A stretch of DNA of 19,335 nt. Origin: Nitrosomonas europaea (lineage in GTDB: Bacteria > Pseudomonadota > Gammaproteobacteria > Burkholderiales > Nitrosomonadaceae). Shown piece after piece: positions 1 through 8,830 of this stretch; the first letter of the stretch is position 1; the number at the start of each line of letters is the position of its first letter. A model generated the notes under the pieces. It made no database searches. It was given only the letters and a program-made list of their open reading frames with translations, and was not told the origin of the DNA. The stretch lies in contig NZ_FUWK01000046.1 of the NCBI RefSeq assembly GCF_900167395.1, positions 1 to 19,335 of the forward strand. Direction: 5' to 3'. The position numbers were made by a program, and so were the translations under genes.

Positions 1-303
1 TTTGCGTTCCGCAACTTCTTTGGGAGATACCGGTGGTTTGTAAAAAGTATTGGGATCCATATATATACTGATCGCTATCGGCTCCCAGTAATCTCCCATC
101 GTCCCTTTCCCCGCTCCATGCGCCGGGTCCTTGTAACGCTTGACCAGCGCTTCATACGTCTCTTTCGGGGTCGCCTTACCTCGATCCAGCTTCAACGCAT
201 CATACGTCTCGTCCGGTACCGTCGATATGTCCGCATGAACCACCCCGCACATCATCAACCCCGCACAGAGCAATAAACCCCTCATCCACTCCCCTATTCT
301 CAT
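1..303 (-). CDS. hao: hydroxylamine oxidoreductase (octahaem HAO) precursor, N-terminal 101 codons; the gene runs off the left edge
   Basis: Not in the ORF track because it is open at the window edge. Manual reverse-complement translation from the ATG at 303-301 gives [101 protein letters not shown], with no stop codon down to position 1. It has a Sec-type signal peptide, and a GGAGG Shine-Dalgarno lies at 314-310, 6 nt before the ATG. I recognise the sequence from memory as the N-terminus of the Nitrosomonas europaea HAO precursor, whose next residues would be the first CxxCH. Not verified by search. Confidence 0.85.
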
Positions 304-333
304 CTCTCTCCTCCGTAAATATGCGGGTCAGAA

Positions 334-597
334 TCAACCCATTGCTTTAACTGCACCGGAAAGACGGCTTTTATGCCTCGATGCCTTATTTTTGTGAATT
401 ATCCCTTTGCTTGCGACTGAGTCGATAACACTCACCGCTTTTCTGAACACGACTTCTGCTACATTCTTGTCACCCGCCGCTACTGCTTTTCGGACACCTT
501 TAATCGCGGTACGCAGCTTGGATCGCAATCCAAAGTTCCGCTCACGCCGTGTGGCGGTTTGTCTTACCCGCTTTTTAGCTTGTGCCGTATTTGCCAT
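334..597 (-). CDS. rpsT: 30S ribosomal protein S20
   Basis: 87-aa basic protein MANTAQAKKRVRQTATRRERNFGLRSKLRTAIKGVRKAV...HKNKASRHKSRL, typical of S20. A GGAGA Shine-Dalgarno lies about 10 nt upstream of the ATG at 597. Confidence 0.97.
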   Translation of the reverse strand: MANTAQAKKRVRQTATRRERNFGLRSKLRTAIKGVRKAVAAGDKNVAEVVFRKAVSVIDSVASKGIIHKNKASRHKSRLSGAVKAMG

Positions 598-753
598 ATT
601 TCTCTAGTTCTCCGTTAAAAATTTATATGCTGCTCATCAATATTTCGAACCGCGCGATTTTACTTTCATTTCGTGCTTAATGCAAAAATCGATAATACGG
701 CCTTGCCGGCTGCTCCCCGATCAACCCGCTTCACCAGGGAGATTACACACGTT

Positions 754-779
754 GAATCAAATACAAACTGCTTTGATTC
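754..779. promoter_or_regulatory. perfect 8-bp inverted repeat (GAATCAAA-N10-TTTGATTC) in the divergent rpsT/acs intergenic region
   Basis: The arms lie at 754-761 and 772-779, about 105 nt upstream of the acs ATG. It could be an operator or a 5'-leader hairpin. No binding factor can be assigned. Confidence 0.2.
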
Positions 780-882
780 CGTACAGTTAACCTTCAAATC
801 GGTGTTTGCATCGCTGGCTTCTTTTGCTGAATGATACAATTGTGAACCAACCAAAGCACTAATCCAGCCGAACGGGAGCAGC

Positions 883-2850
883 ATGGCCACGATCGAATCA
901 ATTTTGCACGAAAACCGGATATTCCCCCCTGCCAGTGAATTTGTCAGGAACGCCAATCTATCCGGAAGGGAAGCCTATGAAACTCTGCGCCAGGAAGCCG
1001 AGCATGACTATACCGGCTTCTGGGCGAAACTCGCACAACAGTACATTGCCTGGCACAAACCTTTCACACGGGTTCTCAATGACGCCAACCCACCCTTTTA
1101 TAAATGGTTCGACGATGGCGAACTGAATATCTCGTGGAATTGTCTGGATCGACACCTGGCAACCCAGGCTGACAAAACTGCCATCATCTTTGAATCTGAC
1201 GCAGGAGAAGTGAATCACTGCAGTTATCGTGAGTTACACCGCCAGGTCTGTCATTTTGCCAATGGACTGAAATCACTTGGAATCCGTCAGGGTGACCGTG
1301 TCGTCATCTATATGCCCATGCGGATTGAAGCTGTAGTTGCGATGCAGGCATGTGCACGCATTGGTGCCATCCATTCGGTAGTGTTCGGCGGTTTTTCAGC
1401 AAAAAGTGTATACGAGCGCATCATCGATGCCGGTGCATCCGCTGTAATCACTGCAGATGAACAGATCCGCGGAGGCAGGTACCATCCACTGAAAGCAACC
1501 GTAGACGAAGCACTGGCGATGGGTGACACAGCCACGGTCCACAGTGTCATCGTTTTCCGGCACACCGGTACCGGAATTACCTGGCAGCCGGAACGAGACC
1601 ACTGGTGGCATGATCTCATTGCCGGACAACCGGATGAATGCGAGCCAGCATGGATCAATGCTGAACACCCCCTGTTTACACTGTATACCTCGGGCTCTAC
1701 CGGGAAACCAAAAGGCGTGCAGCATTCCTCGGCCGGTTATCTGCTCGGGGCAGTGACCAGCATGCAGTGGGTATTCGACTATCATGCAGATGATGTATTC
1801 TGGTGTACTGCGGATGTAGGCTGGGTTACCGGACACAGCTATGTCGCCTATGGCCCGCTTGCCATCGGTGCAACTCAGGTGATTTTTGAAGGAACTCCGA
1901 CTCATCCACATGCCGGGCGATTCTGGGAAATCATCCAGAAACACAGGATCACGACTTTTTATACTGCCCCCACTGCCATCCGCTCACTGATCAAACTGGG
2001 ATCCGATCTGCCCGCAAAATATGATCTTTCTTCATTGCGCCTGCTTGGATCAGTAGGTGAACCGATCAACCCGGAAGCATGGATGTGGTATTACACGGTC
2101 GTCGGCCAGTCACGCTGCCCGGTAGTCGATACCTGGTGGCAAACCGAAACCGGTTGTCACATGATCGCTCCTGCTCCCGGTGCCATATCGACCAAACCCG
2201 GTTCCTGCACTCTCCCGCTACCCGGTATCGATGCCGCAGTGGTAGATGAAACTGGCCACCCGGTAGAACAGGGAAAAGGTGGATTTCTGGTGATCAAGCG
2301 TCCCTTCCCTTCGATGTTACGCACCTTGTGGAATGATCCTGAACGATTCAGAAAAACTTACTTTCCAACAGATATTGCCGGTGGTCGTTATTATCTTGCC
2401 GGCGATTCAGCTCATCGGGATCAGGATGGTTATTTCTGGATCATGGGACGAGTTGATGACGTTCTGAATGTCTCCGGCCATCGTCTGGGTACCATGGAAA
2501 TCGAATCTGCACTGGTGGCGCATCCTCTGGTTGCCGAAGCAGCTGTTGTAGGGAAACCGCACGAAATCAAGGGAGAAGTGGTCGTAGCATTTGTCACACT
2601 GAGAGAAAAACTGCCTGATGACCAACGGGCTGCTGAAATTGCTGCAACTTTACGTGAATGGGTTGCCAGCGAGATTGGTGCAATTGCTCGCCCCGAAGAA
2701 ATCCGGTTTGGTGAAAACCTGCCCAAAACGCGTTCCGGCAAAATTATGCGACGCCTCCTGCGCGCCCTGGCAAGAGGTGAGACCATTACTCAAGATGTCT
2801 CAACACTGGAAAATCCGGTGATCCTCGAACAACTCAGCCAGACGGTATGA
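883..2850 (+). CDS. acs: acetyl-CoA synthetase (AMP-forming)
   Basis: 655 aa with a full-length Acs-like sequence: N-terminal HENRIFPP...[21 protein letters not shown]-loop [19 protein letters not shown], and C-terminal [21 protein letters not shown] Shine-Dalgarno lies 6 nt upstream of the ATG at 883. Confidence 0.97.
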
Positions 2851-3848
2851 CCGAAACCTGCCAGCTCATGGAACAACTTCCTGCCATCATCGACTACCCG
2901 AACGGGATCAGCGTCATCGATGCTCGCTACCACCGCCCCGGGCGTGCAGCCATTCACCTGATCACGGAAGGAGATAAAGCTGCTCTGGTAGATACCGGTA
3001 CCCGTTTCTCGGTTCCGGGCACCATGGCAGCACTGGCACATAAACAGATCACTCCCGAACAGATCGACTACATTTTTCTTACCCATATCCATCTCGACCA
3101 TGCCGGTGGCGCCAGCGAATTCATGAAATGGCTGCCCAATGCCAGGCTGGTGGTACATCCACGTGGCGCATCGCACATGGCTAACCCCATCAAGCTGATC
3201 GCCGGTGTCATGGCCGTGTATGGTGAATCCGAGTTCCGGCGGATCTATGGTGAGATTCATCCGATCGCGGCTGAACGTATCATCGAAGCGCCCGATAATA
3301 CACTTGTCGAACTGAACGGCCGGCCACTGCGGCTACTGGACACACCGGGGCATGCACGACATCACTACTGCATACACGATGCACGCAGCAAATCCATCTT
3401 CACTGGTGATACCTTCGGCGTCTCCTATCGTGAATTCGATATGGACGGGCTGGAATTCGTTTTTCCGACAACGTCACCCGTGCAGTTCGACCCTGAAGCT
3501 GCTCATGCTTCCATCGACCGGCTCATGGCATTGCACCCCGAGCAGGCATTTCTCACACATTACGGGCGCATTCGCAATCTTTCGTACCATGCATCGCAGA
3601 TGCATGCACTCATCGATGCTTTCGTCAGCATCGTACAGCAGGCTGCAGAAATTCAGGACCGGCAGCCCATCATCACAAAAGCGCTGCAGGATCTGCTCCT
3701 GGAGCGACTTGCTGCCCATCGGTGTACCCTCACCCGGGATGCCGCCCTCTCACTATTGCAGACCGATATCAAGCTCAATGCACAGGGGCTTGAGATATGG
3801 CTGGAGCAGACCATCAGGCAATCAACCCAGGCAGCAGGCTCAAGCTAA
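2847..3848 (+). CDS. MBL-fold (metallo-beta-lactamase superfamily) hydrolase
   Basis: 333 aa with the HxHxDH metal motif ([11 protein letters not shown]) and downstream His/Asp ligand candidates ([20 protein letters not shown]). Its start overlaps the acs stop as ATGA at 2847-2850. Confidence 0.85.
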   Translation: MTETCQLMEQLPAIIDYPNGISVIDARYHRPGRAAIHLITEGDKAALVDTGTRFSVPGTMAALAHKQITPEQIDYIFLTHIHLDHAGGASEFMKWLPNARLVVHPRGASHMANPIKLIAGVMAVYGESEFRRIYGEIHPIAAERIIEAPDNTLVELNGRPLRLLDTPGHARHHYCIHDARSKSIFTGDTFGVSYREFDMDGLEFVFPTTSPVQFDPEAAHASIDRLMALHPEQAFLTHYGRIRNLSYHASQMHALIDAFVSIVQQAAEIQDRQPIITKALQDLLLERLAAHRCTLTRDAALSLLQTDIKLNAQGLEIWLEQTIRQSTQAAGSS

Positions 3849-3877
3849 ACACCTCGTCTGCAGATTATCACCCGTTG

Positions 3878-3918
3878 CTGTCTGCATCATCAGGAGGCGA
3901 CCTTCCTTCATCAGACAG
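3878..3918. terminator. imperfect hairpin between convergent genes; possible bidirectional terminator
   Basis: CTGTCTG (3878-3884) pairs with CAGACAG (3912-3918), and there is partial internal pairing (AGGAGG/CTTCCT). It sits between the MBL stop (3848) and the amidohydrolase stop (3957). No U-tract follows on either strand, so this is a weak call. Confidence 0.25.
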
Positions 3919-3956
3919 AGTGCGGGTGACGAGTCACGCACACATCCGAAGGCATG

Positions 3957-5252
3957 TTACGGTAACGAGCTGAAATGATTGACGACGATGTGTCCACCGG
4001 AAATCACAAGATCAGGATACTCCAGCCGCTTCAGCTGTTGCTCAGGGTTGCCGCGAATTGCGATCAGATCAGCCGGAGCACCGGGTTGTATCGTCCCCAG
4101 CATAGGAATACCCAGATATCGGCCAGCTTTGGCTGTTGCAGCCCCTAATGCATCCAATAGTTTCATCTTCCCCAAGTGCATCAGATACATCAGCTCTTGC
4201 GCATCGATCCCCCATGGAATATCGGGATGGGCAATTTCCGTACCGTACAGTAATTCACCGCCAAGTTCTGTCCAGACCATTGTATTGTGTGCAATCCCGC
4301 TGCATTTCGAGAGTGTATCGAGCGTACCGATGATCGTGACATTCTGTGCTCTGGCCTGTTTCAGCAACGGCTCAGGAATCGGGTTACAAGGCATGTGCGC
4401 CCATTCATCGACCCCCGCATTCAACGCCACCTGTACACCCGATGGCTCTGCCACATGGGCCGATACCTTGCGCTGATGCCGGTGTGCTTCATCGACAACA
4501 GCCTTGACAATGGGCTCCGGCAACATGGGCCATGCCGACTGGTCATGTGAAGCAGCATGGGCATGATGGTGAGTGACGGCGGATGCGGTATGCGCTGCAT
4601 CATGGTGCGCGTGATCATGGTGTGAAGACCAGGGGGCACCTGCTTCGCTGCCGGGTTCGAGCGCAATCTTGATGATCACTGCACCCTCACCAACCAGATG
4701 ACGCACGGCTTCCCGCGCTTCTGCTTCGCTGGCAACGGGAATCGCCAGATCCCGGGCACCCATGGTAACGATCGGGTACCCGTGCGGTGCGGTGATGATC
4801 CGGCCGGAAGTGAGCACACGTAAACTGCCCTCTCCACCATAAGGCGGATGAACAGGCCCGCCCACATCCCGCAGGGTAGTCACCCCATGCCTCAGCACGA
4901 TATCTGCCGGTACTTTCTGGAAGGCCAAATGGGCATGTAATTCGATAAACCCCGGCAACAAGGTTGCATCACCCAGATCAATGTCAGCGGATGCATCCCC
5001 CGTCCTGAATGAATGACGCGGCCCGACTCTCGCAATGCGCCCGTCTTTCACCAGTACCGACAAACCACTGTGCATTTCATTTCCGTCGAAAACCCGAGCA
5101 GCGTGCAGCAGTAAAGACGAAGGTCCGGTTTTTCCAGTTTCCTGTGCATAAACCTGCGCAGAGAAACACAGTCCCGTTATCACCGCGACACAGAAACAGC
5201 ACATATGCCGCATGCGATTGGAAAGAGTATCAGTAAAGTTTTGTATCCTCAT
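3957..5252 (-). CDS. secreted metal-dependent amidohydrolase (Amidohydro_1 / COG1228-like) with a His-rich insertion
   Basis: 431 aa. The signal peptide is ...MCCFCVAVITGLCFSAQVYA/QE. It has the HxH motif FIELHAHL, a candidate carboxylated Lys in AVIIKIAL, and downstream His/Asp residues (SAHV, DEWAHM, ADLIAI). An AAGGA Shine-Dalgarno lies 8 nt before the ATG at 5252. The insert SSHHDHAHHDAAHTASAVTHHHAHAASHD lies at aa 209-237. Confidence 0.85.
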   Translation of the reverse strand: MRIQNFTDTLSNRMRHMCCFCVAVITGLCFSAQVYAQETGKTGPSSLLLHAARVFDGNEMHSGLSVLVKDGRIARVGPRHSFRTGDASADIDLGDATLLPGFIELHAHLAFQKVPADIVLRHGVTTLRDVGGPVHPPYGGEGSLRVLTSGRIITAPHGYPIVTMGARDLAIPVASEAEAREAVRHLVGEGAVIIKIALEPGSEAGAPWSSHHDHAHHDAAHTASAVTHHHAHAASHDQSAWPMLPEPIVKAVVDEAHRHQRKVSAHVAEPSGVQVALNAGVDEWAHMPCNPIPEPLLKQARAQNVTIIGTLDTLSKCSGIAHNTMVWTELGGELLYGTEIAHPDIPWGIDAQELMYLMHLGKMKLLDALGAATAKAGRYLGIPMLGTIQPGAPADLIAIRGNPEQQLKRLEYPDLVISGGHIVVNHFSSLP

Positions 5253-5282
5253 TTTCTATCCTTGGTTGATAACAAGTATTTT

Positions 5283-6401
5283 TCAACAGTCATAGGGGTC
5301 AATAAGGCCCGCCAGTACCGCAAGCGCAGCCACCAGAAAAAAATTTCCCCATACTGATTCAACTATCTCCTCCCGGTTTTGCCGGGTGCGATAACAACAC
5401 CCCTGGAACAGGCCAGCTGATCCAAAAGCTGAATCCGGATTGATTACAGTGAAATAAGGGCTGTGGAGAACGGTACTGATCTGCTGGTGAGCATATTTGC
5501 ACCAGGATGTTTCATCAGGCAGTAAACGTGCCAGAGATAACATCGCAAGCGATGCAATCACCACTGCGGAAGGATCTTTGACATCTTCTGTCTGATCCGG
5601 ACGATTGCGCGGCAAATTCCCCTTGTGCACATCACGCCAATACGTACAGGCAGCCCTGGCCTGACTCAAATAAGGCTCTCCCCATTGGGCCGCCGCTCTG
5701 CTTAACCCCAGCATGGCCCAGGCCTGGCCGCGTGACCAAACTCCTGCCCGGTCTTTCACCTGAAATTCATGACCATCGAAACTGGCTTCTGCATGAAATG
5801 CTCCCTTGTCTCCCCGGCATGCAGCCAGCAGCGTTTCTGCATGGCACTGTGCAATGCGGTGATACTGTTTTTCCCGGCTGAAGCAAAGCAGTTGAATCAG
5901 GGAAGCAAAATTATCCACGGAAATCGCGCAGCTTCCCGTGGTTAATCCTCCCATCGCCATACCTAAAGGGATGCAATTCAACCGGGGATCAAAGCTGTGC
6001 GCCAGCGCAGCAATGGATGAGTGAGTCAACTCGCGCGCCGGTGCATTCTGTAGCCAGATTTCTCCAAGCGCAGCGCCGTACCAGAAAATCAGGCTGCGAT
6101 ATCCGGAGTCCGCAGTTAGTTTCCGGAACAGCCGCTGGCTGATCTCGCCAGCCTTTTGCCGGTCTCCGGCCGATCCAGTCATCTTTGCCCGCAACCACCA
6201 GCATGCCGCCCAGAAACCGCCCATCCAGGATCCTCCCGGAGAAACAGACCAATCGCTGTTTTCCCCGGAAGAATAAAGCGGGAAATTCTGCCCGCAAAGC
6301 ACATCCATCATTTCCATGCGGCGAAACATCTGCTCCAGCGTATTCACGATTTCATCGGTGCTTAAAAGCCGATCTTCCACAATAAGTACTGGGGATGTCA
6401 T
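5283..6401 (-). CDS. (alpha/alpha)6-barrel protein, glycoside hydrolase family 88 (unsaturated glucuronyl hydrolase)-like
   Basis: By-eye colinear motif matches to Bacillus UGL as I remember it: SWMGGFWAACWWL (UGL DWTDGFWSGILWL), ISVDNFASLIQLL (IIIDCLLNLPLLL), VWSRGQAWAMLGL (TWTRGQAWGIYGF), KDPSAVVIASLAMLSLA (RDSSASAITACGLLEIA) and VWGNFFLVAAL (IWGDYYYLEAL). I prefer the ATG at 6401 (MTSPVLIV...) because a GAGGA lies 4-5 nt upstream and it sits 7 nt after the upstream stop. The track start at 6452 would overlap the upstream gene. No signal peptide is present. Confidence 0.65.
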   Translation of the reverse strand: MTSPVLIVEDRLLSTDEIVNTLEQMFRRMEMMDVLCGQNFPLYSSGENSDWSVSPGGSWMGGFWAACWWLRAKMTGSAGDRQKAGEISQRLFRKLTADSGYRSLIFWYGAALGEIWLQNAPARELTHSSIAALAHSFDPRLNCIPLGMAMGGLTTGSCAISVDNFASLIQLLCFSREKQYHRIAQCHAETLLAACRGDKGAFHAEASFDGHEFQVKDRAGVWSRGQAWAMLGLSRAAAQWGEPYLSQARAACTYWRDVHKGNLPRNRPDQTEDVKDPSAVVIASLAMLSLARLLPDETSWCKYAHQQISTVLHSPYFTVINPDSAFGSAGLFQGCCYRTRQNREEIVESVWGNFFLVAALAVLAGLIDPYDC

Positions 6402-6408
6402 TGCTTCC

Positions 6409-7959
6409 TCAGAAAACCAGATTGAAATTGACCAGAAAAATGCTGGCATCACTTTTACTCGGGTAAATACTTTTCATCGCACTGCCACCAAAGGCATGCG
6501 CAAAATAAAGTTGTGACGTGAGATATTTGTTAAAACCGTGCGTGAGGGTAACATCGATCAGTTGCCCTATCTCCCTGTGCCCATGTGTGGTACTGCCGGA
6601 ATAACCAAAAGCACCTGACTTAAGCGATGCACCAAGCCCGGTATAAAGCAGATCGTTCACGTTAGCCAGAGACAACTGATGCAGATTGACGTTGATCTGT
6701 GTTTTCCCGGTGGGGAAGGCGATGAATTCAAAAAAGATATCCTGAATATTCATCTGATTGTAAAACGGAAATTTGGCATACAAACGTCCGCTGGGTACGG
6801 CCGAAAAGAATGTCTGATGTCGGCCGTCATGCGCATTACCATCACCGGAACTGCGGTAATACACAGCGCGTACCCAGGGCTTAAATGGCAGCTTGTGCCA
6901 TTGATAACCCACTTCTGCATCGAAGGCCCAGGCCCGGTGCGATAAATTGGTCCAGCTGCCAAACTGGTATGCTCCCATCAATAAAGCATCAAAACTGCCG
7001 GAACCCAACGGCTGCAGCGACAACAGATGGGCACCAATGGTATGAATATTCAGTTTTTCATTGCTCAACTGCGGCCTTGCTGACAATGGACGATTATCGG
7101 TCACCTGCGATACCCGTTGATCATCGTAATTCAGGTAATACAGACGGCCTTCGATTCCCGGTAGTACAGCATCTTTTTTGCTGGTCAGCGCCGCATACAA
7201 TATGCTGATATCGCTGATTTGCTTCTGACCCTGAACGGTAAGATTGCCCTGCACTGGATGTACCCCACTGACCGTGGCATTGAATCCCGGCCCGTCATAC
7301 ACCACTGAAAATCCGTCGAAAGCACGCCCGACATAAATTGCGTTGAATCCGCCAACCAGCCGTTCCGCAATCCGCTTTTTTTTAAGTGCATCGAATTTCT
7401 CGACACCCGAGCGGTATTCCATCCCGTCGGCCAGTTCAAAACGGCCAATTTTTACAGCAGCCCCCGGTAGCCCCAGTTTATTGAACTTGAAATTCAGATA
7501 ACCCTGCTTCAGAAAAACATTACTCGCACCAGTAGTACGATTCGCCAGAAAGTAACCTGCACCCAGCCCCAATGCACCTCCCGAGGGTAGAACCGCATCA
7601 TCCGGCAATCCGTAGAGGCCACTATATTGGCCCTGCACAAAGCCATCCGCATAATCGCTGGAGAACATCAAACCCAACCGGGAACGCACCACCCACAAAT
7701 CGTAGCTGTTGTTGACTGCTGATGCCGGGCGAAAGTAATTCCAGTTTTCATAACTGCCAAGAAACTCGCCATTGATACGCAGATACTGATTTATCTGTTC
7801 CGGCGGCTGCCCGGCACGAGTAGCAGCAATACTGCTCACGAACAAACATACCGCCGGAAAACAGTAAAAAAACAGGATTCTCAGAACGGTATTCGACAAC
7901 GATGCGTTAAACAGCAAACGGTCTGACTGCTTCTGGAAAATCACCCGGTTTAATAACAT
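6409..7959 (-). CDS. outer-membrane beta-barrel protein, probably of the alginate-export (AlgE-like) porin family
   Basis: About 516 aa with alternating amphipathic, aromatic-rich strands and a C-terminal ...LVNFNLVF (terminal Phe). A hydrophobic signal-like segment ILFFYCFPAVCLFVSSIAATRA follows a long N-region. The track start at 7971 is TTG, and the first ATG is at 7959. A later TTG (LSNTVLRILFF) is also possible, so the start is uncertain. The family assignment is from general resemblance only. Confidence 0.7.
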   Translation of the reverse strand: MLLNRVIFQKQSDRLLFNASLSNTVLRILFFYCFPAVCLFVSSIAATRAGQPPEQINQYLRINGEFLGSYENWNYFRPASAVNNSYDLWVVRSRLGLMFSSDYADGFVQGQYSGLYGLPDDAVLPSGGALGLGAGYFLANRTTGASNVFLKQGYLNFKFNKLGLPGAAVKIGRFELADGMEYRSGVEKFDALKKKRIAERLVGGFNAIYVGRAFDGFSVVYDGPGFNATVSGVHPVQGNLTVQGQKQISDISILYAALTSKKDAVLPGIEGRLYYLNYDDQRVSQVTDNRPLSARPQLSNEKLNIHTIGAHLLSLQPLGSGSFDALLMGAYQFGSWTNLSHRAWAFDAEVGYQWHKLPFKPWVRAVYYRSSGDGNAHDGRHQTFFSAVPSGRLYAKFPFYNQMNIQDIFFEFIAFPTGKTQINVNLHQLSLANVNDLLYTGLGASLKSGAFGYSGSTTHGHREIGQLIDVTLTHGFNKYLTSQLYFAHAFGGSAMKSIYPSKSDASIFLVNFNLVF

Positions 7960-8015
7960 GAGCCTGCTCAAATCATTTTTGGTATAACTGACTTCTCAAT
8001 TTCAAAATACGCATC

Positions 8016-8807
8016 ATGATGGAACGTATTACATCCCGGGATGGCACGCCCATTGCCTGCTGGCGGCAAGGCAGCGGGCCACCCCTGCTGCTGGTACATG
8101 GCACCACCGGTGACCACTCCACCTGGGGATCGGTACTTGCCGGTCTGCAACAGCATCACACCGTGTGGACCCTCGACCGGCGCGGTCGTGGTCACAGCGG
8201 AGATGCTGCCAACTATTCGCTGGAGCATGAAAGCGAAGATATCGCTGCCGTCATCGATGCCATCGGCAGCAGCGTCAACCTGCTCGATCATTCTTTTGGC
8301 GGGCTTTGTGCGCTGGAAGCTTCACTTCTGACTGCAAACATCAACAAGGTTGTTTTATATGAACCGGCCATTTCATTGGCTGGCAGCGACTGGTCGGCAA
8401 CATTTGAAGCTCGCATGCAGGCTTTGCTGGAGAAAAATGCGCGTGAAGAAACACTGCTGCTGTTTTTTCGTGATCTGCTGAACACCCCCAATCCGGAGCT
8501 GGTTGCACTGCAAGCCGGATCAAACTGGGCGATACGGCTTGCTGCCGCCCACACCATCCTGCGGGAACTGCAAGGTATCGATCGTTATCAATTCACACCA
8601 CAACGATTCCAGACCCTGAAATCCCCGGTACTCCTGCTGGTGGGCGGGAATAGCCACCCGCGCCGCTTCATGACCGCAGAAAGACTGCAACAGGGCTTGC
8701 CTGATTGTCGTGTTGGTATTATTGCCGGTCAGCAACACAGTGCCATGCGAACCGCACCCGATCTGTTTGTTCACCATGTCCTCGAATTTCTCCAAAGTGC
8801 AGATTAA
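8016..8807 (+). CDS. alpha/beta-fold hydrolase
   Basis: 263 aa with the typical N-terminus ...GSGPPLLLVHGTTGDHSTW and the nucleophile elbow LLDHSFGGLCAL. It is convergent with the MFS gene, with 23 nt between the two stops. Confidence 0.85.
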   Translation: MMERITSRDGTPIACWRQGSGPPLLLVHGTTGDHSTWGSVLAGLQQHHTVWTLDRRGRGHSGDAANYSLEHESEDIAAVIDAIGSSVNLLDHSFGGLCALEASLLTANINKVVLYEPAISLAGSDWSATFEARMQALLEKNAREETLLLFFRDLLNTPNPELVALQAGSNWAIRLAAAHTILRELQGIDRYQFTPQRFQTLKSPVLLLVGGNSHPRRFMTAERLQQGLPDCRVGIIAGQQHSAMRTAPDLFVHHVLEFLQSAD

Positions 8808-8830
8808 CCCGGGCTATCGGCTTTTCGTAC

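Noticed and set aside
666-956. 96-aa minus-strand ORF in the rpsT/acs intergenic region
   Set aside because: It overlaps the acs start and its Shine-Dalgarno. It has no ribosome-binding site or recognisable family, and this region is expected to hold the divergent promoters.
8808-8830. Terminator between the convergent alpha/beta-hydrolase and MFS genes
   Set aside because: The spacer is only 23 nt, its best stem is 3 bp (CCG..CGG), and there is no U-tract.
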